From positions 17,361 through 81,360 of the forward strand of contig JAXHTF010000006.1 of NCBI GenBank assembly GCA_034211275.1: 64,000 nucleotides of DNA. Reading direction: 5' to 3'. The position numbers and the translations under genes are program-made. The stretch comes from Acidobacteriota bacterium (lineage in GTDB: Bacteria; Acidobacteriota; Thermoanaerobaculia; Multivoradales; JAHZIX01). The number at the start of each line of letters is the position of its first letter. Within the stretch, counting starts at the first letter, position 1. Shown here one piece after another: positions 25,498-35,011 of the stretch. A model generated the notes under the pieces. It had not been told where the DNA came from, ran no database searches, and saw nothing but the letters and a program-made list of their open reading frames with translations.

Positions 25498-28400
25498 ATG
25501 ACAGTGCTGAGATGGACTGGGATCGTGCTTGCCGGCTTGATAGCGCTCTGTGCGACCGCAAGGGCAAGTGCAGAACTCGACTCCTCCTGCCTCATCAGCG
25601 CTCTGAACCGGACGGCTCCGGTGGAAGCGGACGGGACGTGGGTCTTGCCGAATGTGCCGGCGAATCTGGGCAAGGTGCGGCTGCGGGCGACCTGTATTCG
25701 AGATGGCGTTGTTTCCACCGGCCAATCCGAGTTCATCGAGGTGCCAACGGATGGGGTGATCGAGGTGGCGGAGATTCGCTTTGATGTGAGCGAGCCGGTG
25801 CCGGAGCGCCTCGTGCTCAGTGCACCGACCACTTCCTTGACCACCGCTGGACAGACCGTGCAGCTCAACGCGACCGCTACCTATCCGGGTGGCAGCGATG
25901 TGGACGTGAGTACAGCGTCCGCTGGGACCACCTATCGCTCCAGCATGGCGACGGTGGCAAGCGTGGATCCCGATGGACTCGTCACCGCGGCAGCCAGCGG
26001 TACGGTCCTCGTGAGCGCGGTCAACGAGGGAGCGCTGGGGCTCTTGCGGCTATCTGTCGTGCTCTCAGGGGACAGCGATGGCGATGGGCTGCCGGATGAT
26101 TTCGAGCTCGCTAACGGGCTCGATCCCAACAATCCCGACGATGCGTTGCTCGACCATGACCAGGATGGGTTCTCCACCCTGGAGGAGTACCAGCAAGGGC
26201 TCGATCCCTTCGATAGCGATACGGACGATGACCAGCTGCTCGACGGCGCCGAGGTCGGGACCTGGGGCACCAATCCCCTCCTCTTCGATACTGACGGCGA
26301 CGGCCTCTCGGACGGCCTCGAGGTGGCGACGGGGAGTGACCCGCTGGACCGGCTGAGCTTCAACCTCGCTGCGGCGTTGGAGTCCATCACGGTGCTGCCG
26401 GACAGCTTCACCATCATCTACAACACGATTCTCGGCGAAGCCTCCCGGCAGCTGACGGTGACCGGACAGCTCATCGACGGCAACCAGCTCGACATCACCT
26501 CGGACTTTTACGGCACCTCCTACACCTCGGACGATCTGCTCGTGGCCAATTTCGGGGCGGAGCCCGGGCGTGTTTTTGCCGGGGAGGACGGCGTCACCAC
26601 CGTCACCGCGACCTGTAGCGGGTTCAGCGCTCAGGCAGATGTCACGGTGGAGAGCTTCGCGCCCATTGCTCTTTCCTTCCTGGCGCTCGGTGGAACGCCG
26701 CGGGCGGTGGCCCTGGACGGGACTCACGCCTACGCTGCCATGGGGCGCCCGGGACTCAAGATCGTCGATGTCAGCGACCCTGAGCTTCCCTTCGAGGCTG
26801 CTCGCATCTATGTCTCCTCCCCGCCGCCCTTCCGGGAGTACCGCGCGGTTTCCGATGTCGCGGTGCAGGACGGCATGGCCTATGTCGCAGCGGACGGACT
26901 GGCCGTGATCGATGTGACCGTGCCGGCCGCTCCAGTGCAGATTGCCTTCCTCTTGCCACCGGACATGAGCGCAGAGTCGGTGGCCGTTCGGGGGCATCGA
27001 GTGCTCGTCGGCGGGAGTGGCTTCCAGGGAGACCCGGGAGCCCTTGCCCTTATCGATATCAGCGACCCCGTGACCCCAGTGCTTCTCGGAATGGTCGGCC
27101 TGCCCGGGCAAGTCGAGGATGTGCTCTTTGCAGGGCAGTACGCGATTGCCGCGACGGGCTCTGCCGGCGTTCAGGTGGTCGATCTGGCGAACGAAGCGGC
27201 ACCCGAGGTGGTCGGCTCAACGCATACCCGCTCGAATAGTCGCTCCAGTGCGGTGGGGCTGGCGCTCGCGGGCGAGCAGGTCCTGGTGGCTGACGGTGGC
27301 CGGTACGGACTGCCAGGCGAAAAGCCGGGTGGGCTCCGCGTGATCGATCTGGCCGACCCGGCCAATCCCGCCCTCGTAGGGAGCACGAACAATCAGTTCG
27401 GTCTGACCGCTGTCGCTTGGGATGGCACGCTAGCGCTCGCTGCGGACTACTTCTTCGTCAATGGCGTGCCGGTCTTCCGCTTGGGGGAGACGGCGCCGCT
27501 GTGGACCGGCCTGGTGGACTTTTCCGGGCCGCCCAGTGGGCGAGACGACAACGGAGTCGATCTGGCGGTCGGGGGAGGGTTGGTGTACCTGGTCGGCAAT
27601 GAAGGCTCCACCGGTTCAGGAGGGCTTCATATCGGTCGCTACCTGATTCCCTTCGACGCCGAAGGCGTTCCGCCAACGGTGACCTTGACGGCTCCCGCCG
27701 AGGGAACGTTGGTGCCGGAGCGGCAGTGGGTCCAGGTCGCAGCGGATGCCAGCGATGACATCTTCGTGCAGTCCGTGACGTTCTCGCTGGACGGTCAGCC
27801 GGTGCGGGAGGACTTCGCGCCGCCGTATAGCGCCCGTATTCCGGTTCCGGCCGGCGTGGCCTCTGTCACTGTGACAGCGCAAGCCCGGGACGCTGGGGGC
27901 AATGTGTCGCCGGTTGCTTCAGTCGAGCTCGGCATTGAGCCCAACAGCGCACCCGTTGCCACGATTCTGGCGCCTCAGGACGGTTTGGGGGTGCAGGGGG
28001 GCGAGGTGATCTCCACGGTCGTCCAGGCGACGGACGATGTCGAGGTGGATCGGGTGGAGTTCTATGTCGATGGAGCGCTGGTTGGAACCGATGATCGTGG
28101 CCCCTCCTACCAGACCTTTCTGAATCTCGGATCCGCCCCTGGTACCTACCAACTCACTGCTCTTGCCTACGACGACGTTGGTCCCTCCGCGCCTGCGGGT
28201 CCGGTCTCGCTCGTTGTCGTGCCGGACGATCCGCCACAGGCCCAGGTACTGGAGCCGGCGGAAGGGGCTGAAGTCATCGCCTTCTCCTTGATCGATGTCC
28301 TCGCAGGAGCCAGTGATGCCGTGGGGATCGACCGCGTGGACTTCTACCAGGATGGCGCCCTGGTTGGCTCCGACTTTTCCGGGCCGGACTACCGAGCGAC

Positions 28401-29376
28401 GCTCGCGACGCCGGGGCCCGGAGCGGTGTTGGAGCTCTGGGTAGTGGCCTACGACACCGCTGGGCAGGAGACGATGTCGACGGTCAACGAGGTCACAGTG
28501 GTCGCCGATCCGTTGACGGCAGTGACGGGCGTGGTCGTGGGGCTCGCAGATGAGCCCTTCGCTAGCGCCACCGTCTCTGCGCGAACGAATGAGGGCACGA
28601 CCGTCAGCGGAATGAGCGATAGCAGCGGAGAGTTTCTCGTGGAGCAGGTCCCTGCGGCTCAGGGAGATCTCTCGGTCTCGGTCGTCGCGCTGCAAGATGG
28701 GGAAGAGCTGCGGGCGAGCTTGCCGGAGCCGGTCTCGCCGGCAGCGGGGGGCGTCGTGGACGTAGGCGTCCTCGCGCTGTACTACGCAGTGCCGGGCACG
28801 CTGCTACGAGGTGTGGTCGAGGATGACGCAGGGAATCCTGTGCCCGATGCTCAGGTGGCGGTGCATGATCGTTTCCAGCGCCAAGAAACCATCACGGACA
28901 GCTCCGGAGAGTTCGTCTTCTCGCGCTTCCCGGTGTATCCGGGAACCCGCTTCTATCTCTCCGCCGAAGCGACCCTGAGCAGTGTGCTCTACCGAGGGAA
29001 ACTGCCCAATGTCATTCCCAATCCCATCGGCGATACCGATGCCGGCGTGCTGACCCTCGCGCCCGAGGCCGGCGGTGATCCGCTGACTACGGCGATGGGT
29101 ACCGTTCTGGACGAGGAAGGAGCCCCACTGCCGGACTTCGAAGTCGTGGTGACCTCCGACAGCGTCCTTGTGGTGACGATGACAGATGCAAGCGGTCAGT
29201 ACACGGTGCCGGATCTGCCGGCTCTAGATGGCGGCCTCGTCGCTGCGGCCAGCGGGGTCGTCGATGGACAGTCCTATCGCGAGGCGACCGAGGATCCTGC
29301 GGCACCTGTACCTGGTGGGACGACAGTCCTCGATACGCTCTATCCCTTTGGCGAGGACGGTGGGGGTGATGGATAG
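25498..29376 (+). CDS. Giant secreted surface protein (1292 aa) with thrombospondin-type-3-like Ca-binding Asp repeats, LVIVD/beta-propeller-like repeats and many Ig-like/CarboxypepD_reg-like modules.
   Basis: Signal peptide. DSDGDGLPDDFELANGLDPNNPDDALLDHDQDGFSTLEEYQQGLDPFDSDTDDDQLLDGAEV...FDTDGDGLSDGLEV (TSP3-like). Repeated GxAYVA..GLAVIDV..P / LALIDISDP / VQVVDLAN / LRVIDLADP (LVIVD-like). Serial Big-like units. Confidence 0.7.
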   Translation: MTVLRWTGIVLAGLIALCATARASAELDSSCLISALNRTAPVEADGTWVLPNVPANLGKVRLRATCIRDGVVSTGQSEFIEVPTDGVIEVAEIRFDVSEPVPERLVLSAPTTSLTTAGQTVQLNATATYPGGSDVDVSTASAGTTYRSSMATVASVDPDGLVTAAASGTVLVSAVNEGALGLLRLSVVLSGDSDGDGLPDDFELANGLDPNNPDDALLDHDQDGFSTLEEYQQGLDPFDSDTDDDQLLDGAEVGTWGTNPLLFDTDGDGLSDGLEVATGSDPLDRLSFNLAAALESITVLPDSFTIIYNTILGEASRQLTVTGQLIDGNQLDITSDFYGTSYTSDDLLVANFGAEPGRVFAGEDGVTTVTATCSGFSAQADVTVESFAPIALSFLALGGTPRAVALDGTHAYAAMGRPGLKIVDVSDPELPFEAARIYVSSPPPFREYRAVSDVAVQDGMAYVAADGLAVIDVTVPAAPVQIAFLLPPDMSAESVAVRGHRVLVGGSGFQGDPGALALIDISDPVTPVLLGMVGLPGQVEDVLFAGQYAIAATGSAGVQVVDLANEAAPEVVGSTHTRSNSRSSAVGLALAGEQVLVADGGRYGLPGEKPGGLRVIDLADPANPALVGSTNNQFGLTAVAWDGTLALAADYFFVNGVPVFRLGETAPLWTGLVDFSGPPSGRDDNGVDLAVGGGLVYLVGNEGSTGSGGLHIGRYLIPFDAEGVPPTVTLTAPAEGTLVPERQWVQVAADASDDIFVQSVTFSLDGQPVREDFAPPYSARIPVPAGVASVTVTAQARDAGGNVSPVASVELGIEPNSAPVATILAPQDGLGVQGGEVISTVVQATDDVEVDRVEFYVDGALVGTDDRGPSYQTFLNLGSAPGTYQLTALAYDDVGPSAPAGPVSLVVVPDDPPQAQVLEPAEGAEVIAFSLIDVLAGASDAVGIDRVDFYQDGALVGSDFSGPDYRATLATPGPGAVLELWVVAYDTAGQETMSTVNEVTVVADPLTAVTGVVVGLADEPFASATVSARTNEGTTVSGMSDSSGEFLVEQVPAAQGDLSVSVVALQDGEELRASLPEPVSPAAGGVVDVGVLALYYAVPGTLLRGVVEDDAGNPVPDAQVAVHDRFQRQETITDSSGEFVFSRFPVYPGTRFYLSAEATLSSVLYRGKLPNVIPNPIGDTDAGVLTLAPEAGGDPLTTAMGTVLDEEGAPLPDFEVVVTSDSVLVVTMTDASGQYTVPDLPALDGGLVAAASGVVDGQSYREATEDPAAPVPGGTTVLDTLYPFGEDGGGDG

Positions 29377-29479
29377 CTCGGAGACGCGAGTGAGCCGGGG
29401 ATTCTCTTAGGCAGGGTGTTCCGCCTCGACAGGCTGTTGTCTTCCTTAGCGGTGTCTGTCGGCTGTCTACGCTAGGGTT

Positions 29480-29737
29480 ATGGCTGCATCTTCCGAGGCC
29501 CCACCAATGGCGACCCTGACCATCGAGCTGGCTTCCATTCCGCCGGTGCTCAACGATCCGGAGTTCACGCGCTATCTGATCGCCGGATCGCTCTACACCA
29601 AGGGCCTGCTCTCCGGAGAGCAGGCGCGGCAGTTGACGGGCGACGTACGGCGCGTCTTCGAGGAGAAGATGGCTACCTATGGGTTCCCGATCATGCCGGA
29701 TGCCGAGGTAGATATCCTTTCAGAGCTGAATGCCTAG
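29480..29737 (+). CDS. UPF0175-family small protein (antitoxin-like helical fold).
   Basis: 85 aa, AGSLYTKGLLSGEQARQLTGDVRRVFEEKMATYGFPI resembles the UPF0175 consensus (ALeLYkeGklSlgkAAELAG..r.eF...L...GI). Confidence 0.5.
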   Translation: MAASSEAPPMATLTIELASIPPVLNDPEFTRYLIAGSLYTKGLLSGEQARQLTGDVRRVFEEKMATYGFPIMPDAEVDILSELNA

Positions 29738-29841
29738 GTACGGCGCTTTCGTCGCCGATGCCAGTCCCCCGACCCCTCGCTCGACAAGCCGCCCATGGGG
29801 TCGCGACGAGCGGCGCACTCTGCTGGAAGGAGAAGCACAGG

Positions 29842-30657
29842 ATGTCGGTAAGCGAAGCCTCGGATCGTCTGTTGACTTCAGGCCCGCGGGCACTTTCCGA
29901 TATAGAGCTCCTGAGCGTGATTCTCGGCCACCGGTCGGAGATGCCGGAGCAGGTCGCTGAGCACCTGCTGGCGGGACCAGACGCCTGGTCCGAGCTGGTT
30001 CTGGCCGATTCAGCGGTGCACGAACGACCAGATCTCCAGCCCGCTGAAGCTGGTGTCGTGGCGGCGACCCTTGAGCTGGGCAGACGCCTTGCCGAACGGC
30101 GCATCCCCAAACGCAGACCACTTTCGAAGCCCCGGGCGCTCACGACCTATCTCGACCTCCGCTACGGGTACCGAGATCAGGAAGTCCTCGGCGCTTTGTA
30201 TTTGGACGCTCGCCACCGGCTACTCAGCGAGACGGAGATCTTCCGCGGGACGCAGAACCGTACCAGTGTTGAACCGGGACCAATCCTCCGCAAAGGGCTA
30301 CTGCAGGGTGCGGCCAGCGTGGTGATCTTCCACACGCACCCCAGTGGGAATCCCGCCGCCAGCGCCGCCGACATCGCCTTCACCCGCCGCCTGGCGCAGT
30401 CGGCGGATATCGTTGGGCTCAAGCTGGTCGATCACCTCATTCTGGGGCGCGGAGGGCGCTGGATGTCTTTGCTCAAGCGCGCATGGGTCACGGGACCTCG
30501 GCGCAAGCGCAAGTCGCCGCCGCCGAAATCGAAGGCCGCGAAGCCGAAGTACCGCCATCCCGAGACCGGAGAGACCTGGGCCGGGCGGGGCAGCATGGCG
30601 CGTTGGTTGCGGCTGGAGCTGGAGGCTGGGCGGTCGCTGGATGAGTTCCGGGTCTGA
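29842..30657 (+). CDS. RadC-like JAB/MPN-domain protein fused to an H-NS-type C-terminal DNA-binding domain.
   Basis: AGGAG-N9-ATG at 29842. RadC N-terminal SDIELLSVILG, JAMM motif VVIFHTHPSGNPAASAADIAFTRRL, then a basic linker and KYRHPETGETWAGRGSMARWL...GRSLDEFRV (H-NS C-terminus: KYrdPeTGkTWtGRGr.P.Wi...Gk.lddFli). Confidence 0.7.
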   Translation: MSVSEASDRLLTSGPRALSDIELLSVILGHRSEMPEQVAEHLLAGPDAWSELVLADSAVHERPDLQPAEAGVVAATLELGRRLAERRIPKRRPLSKPRALTTYLDLRYGYRDQEVLGALYLDARHRLLSETEIFRGTQNRTSVEPGPILRKGLLQGAASVVIFHTHPSGNPAASAADIAFTRRLAQSADIVGLKLVDHLILGRGGRWMSLLKRAWVTGPRRKRKSPPPKSKAAKPKYRHPETGETWAGRGSMARWLRLELEAGRSLDEFRV

Positions 30658-30779
30658 GCTTCTCTGAATCGCCGTCTGACTGCTGCGAGCGCCGCCGGAT
30701 ATGCTCGTTTCGCTGAGATGGTGGAGTAGTCTGCTCTCACTCTAATCTCTTTGCTCTGCGCTTCCGCCTTCCCCTCCGC

Positions 30780-32090
30780 TTGGCCAGTTTCCTGGGCACT
30801 CCCTTTCGCTGGCTCTTCGGGATCTTCCGCTCGCACATCCACGGCGACGCCCGCTTCATGCGCTGGTGGGAGCGCCGGCGGTTTCTGCATCCGCGGCACC
30901 ATGGGCTGGTGCTCGGCCGGAATCAGCGGCTCAGCCGGCAGGACTCGTTCAAGAATCTGGCGCTGGTGGCGCCGACGGGATCAGGGAAGACCACGCGGTA
31001 TGTGATTCCCAACGTGTTGCAGGTCGAGGGCTCGGTGGTGGTGACCGATCCCTCCGGAGAGATCCACCAGCACACTGCGGAGCCGCTGCGAGCCCGCGGG
31101 TTCGGGATCCAGGTGCTCCAGCCGGCGAAGCTCGGGGAGAGTGCCCGCTTCAATCCTCTGATGTACTGGCAATCACCCCAAGAGCTCCGCCAGCTGGCGA
31201 CGCAGCTTGGTATGGCCACGCAGGGGCGCTCCTCCGATCCGTTCTGGACGACCTCGGCGATTAACCTGCTTTTCGTGTTGCTCACCGCTCTCCGCAACGT
31301 CGAAGACCGTCGACGCCACACGCTCGGACATCTACGGGATCTCTTGAACCAGTGTGGTGCGGCGGAGGGTCAAGACTTCGAGCGCTTCATGGCCCGGTAC
31401 CTGGCGATGGAGAAGCGGGTCTGGAGCGAGTACCAAGCCTTCCGCGGGCAGGATCCGAAAGTGGCCGCCTCGATCACTTCCAGCGCCCGGGCTGCGCTGG
31501 AGCTGTGGAGCGATCCGGATATCTGCGCCCTCACCAGCGAGCACACCATCGACCTGGCGGCGCTTCGGCAGCAGCGCACGGCTATCTACCTCATCGTGCC
31601 AGAGCACCAGATCCGCTACTTCGGTCCCCTGCTCAACCTCTTCTACTCCGCTTGCTTCAACCGCTGCCTGGTCAGCGGGCACGCACCTGAGGAAGAGCCG
31701 GTCTATTTCCTCCTCGATGAGTTCGGGAACCTCGGCTACGTTCACAACTTCGCTAGCGTCATCACCACCCTGCGCAAGCGACGGTGCTCCATCAGCCTGA
31801 TCCTCCAGGATCTGTCCCAACTCCGTGCCATCTACGGCCCCGACGAAGCCCGCACCATCTTCTCCGGCGGCTGCGCCAATAAGCTCTTCTACGGTGGGCT
31901 CGACTTGGAAACGGCTGAGTATGTCGAGCGCGCCCTCGGCAAGCGCACCGAATACGACACCGTCTTCGGCGGGATCAGTGATCGCGCTCGGACGGTGGCG
32001 GTGCCGCTGATGACGGCGGATCAGGTGCGGAGGATGCGTTGGGGAGAGGCGGTGTTGTTGGCGGGGAAGGAGAGGCCGATACAAATCTAG
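30780..32090 (+). CDS. Type IV coupling protein-like ATPase (VirD4/TraG/TraD family) lacking an N-terminal membrane anchor.
   Basis: Walker A LALVAPTGSGKTTRYVIPNVL, Walker B/DE VYFLLDEFGNLGY, C-terminal ...LILQDLSQLRAIYG...SGGCANKLFYGGLD. No TM helices. The track start is TTG at 30780; ATG at 30858 is an alternative. Confidence 0.65.
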   Translation: MASFLGTPFRWLFGIFRSHIHGDARFMRWWERRRFLHPRHHGLVLGRNQRLSRQDSFKNLALVAPTGSGKTTRYVIPNVLQVEGSVVVTDPSGEIHQHTAEPLRARGFGIQVLQPAKLGESARFNPLMYWQSPQELRQLATQLGMATQGRSSDPFWTTSAINLLFVLLTALRNVEDRRRHTLGHLRDLLNQCGAAEGQDFERFMARYLAMEKRVWSEYQAFRGQDPKVAASITSSARAALELWSDPDICALTSEHTIDLAALRQQRTAIYLIVPEHQIRYFGPLLNLFYSACFNRCLVSGHAPEEEPVYFLLDEFGNLGYVHNFASVITTLRKRRCSISLILQDLSQLRAIYGPDEARTIFSGGCANKLFYGGLDLETAEYVERALGKRTEYDTVFGGISDRARTVAVPLMTADQVRRMRWGEAVLLAGKERPIQI

Positions 32091-32121
32091 ACTACGGCCG
32101 GCTCGTTCGAGTTCAGTCCGG

Positions 32122-33696
32122 TCAGAGTGCCCTTGAGAGCATTTCTTTGAAGCGTTCCAGGGCGATAGCTATCGGTCCGGCAAAATCCCCTGCCGTGTCC
32201 TTGAGCTGTCCGAGGAGAGCAAGAATCTGCTGTACTCGATTCCAGTCCATCTCCTTCTTCTTGACCTCCTCTTCGAGCCCCTTAGCCTCGGTGAGCGCTT
32301 GCCTAGACTGCTCGCTAGGCTTACTGTCATGCCATCTTCCAATCCAGGTCTTTAGGTCCTGGATATCAGTCAAGAGGAACTCCACCTTCTCAAGGGTGAT
32401 TTCTCCTCGAATGTTGTCGCCTTTGTAAACGATTATCGTCTTTGCGTGGAAAGTGTCGCCTTCGTATTTACCCCTCATTGCGCCGATTTCCTCTCTTGGT
32501 TGGTTGCTGTCAGATGACAGCTGTGGTGGAAACTTAGAAACCCATTCGGGGACTCGAAGAGGGCCGACTACTCTGGTTTGCTCTTTGCTCACCTTTGGAT
32601 TACTTCGCTCGCGCTCGAGACAATCTGCGAGCTCTTTGAAACGTTTGCTGGACTCTTCGTGGCTGGAGTCCTCAGGAGCCTCGAGGAAGAAGTTCATGAA
32701 TCCATGCTCTTGCTCGTCAGAGTGAATCTTCGTTGTGTTGCCGACTCTCCATATGTCGATCTCTCCAAAGCATTTTGTAATGTCGTGAAGCAATCCACGA
32801 GTGGTGTGAGCGCCTTCAGGTTCGTTGACGAACGTATAGGAGAATTGTACGCCTCGGAACCTGTGGAGCTGCCCCGGGGGTAAAATCGAAATTCGAAGAA
32901 TATGGCTATGAATATCTATTGATGCAAGGGCATAGATCGTTTCGTTGTAGCAAGGGGCGCCGCAGATATTCAGTACGATGTCTCTCCAGAGAGATGTCTT
33001 CGTAATTGATATGCCACGGGCTACGCATTCACCCTCGATAAATTTATCTCGTGCTCTCCGTTCCCTTTCTTCTGGGCTGTTCGCGTGCCCCCACTCGTCG
33101 AACTCTTGGATTTCTCTAGTGTAGGTCTTGTAGCGGTAGTAGTCTCGAAGGTGCCGATAGCTGACTCGTTTAAGGTCAGGATGGTCTCTGTCTGGTGGAA
33201 ATAAAAACTTATTTCTTGCTTCATGGTTAGCTACAAGAATTCGATTTTTGGCGTAGTCTGCCGCTTCTCTTGAGCGGCTCTCGGCAGTTTTGAGGCTAGC
33301 GTCCGCTGTTTCTCGCACTTTCTGGCAGTCTAGGATGATATTCCAGAGCGCAGAGCGATGTCCGCTTCGGACAACGTTCGTAGTTAGAATGTTCATTCCG
33401 ACATCTTCGCTTGTTAGAATCTCCGTAATCCTCTGGAGAGATCCGGGGCGATGGCTCATGTTGACATTGAACCTTACTAAGTAAGGCCAAAGTTCTGTGC
33501 GGAATGGGCTTACTATTATGTCGTGTCGGTTAGGGAAGGTTTTGTAGTCTTCTAAGATGTCGCCGCTTTCGTCTCTTCGAGGAGGGTAATACAGGCAGTA
33601 GACTTGGCCTCCAGTCTCAATGCCGAGTGGGCGAAGAAGGTAATCCTCTATGAGGAGCTGGTTCCCTTGGATCTTAATCAAGTCACCGTAGATCAT
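32122..33696 (-). CDS. Hypothetical protein (524 aa), low GC; last gene of a three-gene cargo operon.
   Basis: No recognisable catalytic motif. It has a possible ACT-like segment (GSLQRITEILTSEDVGMNILTTNVV) and an R-x5-H match (RILVANH). Local GC is ~50% against ~68% in the host. Confidence 0.5.
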   Translation of the reverse strand: MIYGDLIKIQGNQLLIEDYLLRPLGIETGGQVYCLYYPPRRDESGDILEDYKTFPNRHDIIVSPFRTELWPYLVRFNVNMSHRPGSLQRITEILTSEDVGMNILTTNVVRSGHRSALWNIILDCQKVRETADASLKTAESRSREAADYAKNRILVANHEARNKFLFPPDRDHPDLKRVSYRHLRDYYRYKTYTREIQEFDEWGHANSPEERERRARDKFIEGECVARGISITKTSLWRDIVLNICGAPCYNETIYALASIDIHSHILRISILPPGQLHRFRGVQFSYTFVNEPEGAHTTRGLLHDITKCFGEIDIWRVGNTTKIHSDEQEHGFMNFFLEAPEDSSHEESSKRFKELADCLERERSNPKVSKEQTRVVGPLRVPEWVSKFPPQLSSDSNQPREEIGAMRGKYEGDTFHAKTIIVYKGDNIRGEITLEKVEFLLTDIQDLKTWIGRWHDSKPSEQSRQALTEAKGLEEEVKKKEMDWNRVQQILALLGQLKDTAGDFAGPIAIALERFKEMLSRAL

Positions 33697-33750
33697 CGTT
33701 CCTTAGCTCTCCTGCCTAACGGGTTCTGTTCTTTTTTGCGGTCTTCGAGG

Positions 33751-34509
33751 TTACTCTGAGTTTGAGCACATCAGTTTGCCTACAAGCCTGTTTAAGAGTT
33801 CCTCATCCTCTGGAGACAAGTCCCCGAGAGCTTTCAGGCTACTTCGCAGTTTGAGTAGCTCTTCGCGAGCCCAGAAAAGCTTCTCGCTTTTTAAGTCAAG
33901 AATATTCAGGAGAAGTCGGTGTTTCTCTGACGCATCTAGTTCACGGAGAACCTCCAGTTTTTCACCTTTGTAGTACCGTTCTCTTAGATTATTCGTCTCC
34001 TTGATGGCGTTATAGATAGATCTGAGCGCTGGTAGTGCTGCTTGCATACTGGTCGAAAGTGCCGGCTCATCTTCACTTCTACTTTCACTGAGATGGGGTA
34101 CAAGCTTCTCGAGTAGGGTGCCGACAAGTTCAAAGTTCTTGCTGTGGAGTAGCTGCTCTTCAGTGAAGCCTGTCCAGTAAAGAGTTTCGGCGCTTAGAGG
34201 AGGGTGAAACTCGAGCTTGCATGAGATCTGAGCAAGGCCCTGACGATCAAAAAGTCCAGTCTTGAACAAAGACAGAGCAATGTGTTTGTCGCTCCATACT
34301 TGGACGGGCTCAGGAGTGGATTCCAAGAGTCTGCGAACCTCTTGGCGACGTTCTGATACTTGCTCTAGAAGCAACTGAAGCTGATCCCGCAGGTAGGTGA
34401 GGCGATCAAGTTCCTCTAGCGCATTGTGTGCAGGGTGCGCGAGCAGGGGAAGGGCGTTGTGCTCCTGTGGGCCCGGGGCGACAGCCTCGGGGAGTTCCGA
34501 TGTTGACAT
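33751..34509 (-). CDS. Hypothetical coiled-coil protein (252 aa); middle gene of the cargo operon.
   Basis: Heptad-rich LEELDRLTYLRDQLQLLLEQVSERRQEVRRLLE. No known domain. Confidence 0.45.
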   Translation of the reverse strand: MSTSELPEAVAPGPQEHNALPLLAHPAHNALEELDRLTYLRDQLQLLLEQVSERRQEVRRLLESTPEPVQVWSDKHIALSLFKTGLFDRQGLAQISCKLEFHPPLSAETLYWTGFTEEQLLHSKNFELVGTLLEKLVPHLSESRSEDEPALSTSMQAALPALRSIYNAIKETNNLRERYYKGEKLEVLRELDASEKHRLLLNILDLKSEKLFWAREELLKLRSSLKALGDLSPEDEELLNRLVGKLMCSNSE

Positions 34510-34571
34510 ATTTCATTTGGGTAAAATAGCGAAGAGCTTAGAGTACGGAAGCGACTCTCTGATTGTCAAGG

Positions 34572-34772
34572 TTATTTTCTTTCCTGGGCGTTAAGGAGCT
34601 TGGCGAGGGACTTTGCCTGAGCAAGTGCCCGTTGCGCTACGCACTCCGGTCCATCTAAATAGGTTCCGGGTTCTACTTCTCTGGCTAGGAGTCCGGCCAT
34701 CGCGAGGCCAGCTAAGAAGGTGAGCTGGTCAATCTCTGCTTTCGAAGCTGCTCGATCTTCTTGCTTGGGCAT
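34572..34772 (-). CDS. Hypothetical small protein (66 aa); first gene of the cargo operon.
   Basis: ORF with a 62-nt gap to the next gene on the same strand. Small helical. Confidence 0.3.
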   Translation of the reverse strand: MPKQEDRAASKAEIDQLTFLAGLAMAGLLAREVEPGTYLDGPECVAQRALAQAKSLAKLLNAQERK

Positions 34773-35011
34773 TGGGCGCTACTCGCTTAGATATTCCAAT
34801 AAGTGGATATTCGCCACTCGTGCTGAAGCCGATGGCACAGTGATGTCGCTAGTTAGTGAAGGGATCGTAACACAAAAGATTCTGAAAGGTGACTGTGGCA
34901 AGGGTGGCGCTTTGAGAGAGTGATGATCTTGAGCATCGGGTGGGTCTGGAGCTCGTATTGAAGGGCTTCCGATCCGAGGCTCAAGAGTTTCTCTCTGTAC
35001 CGCAGCAGGCG

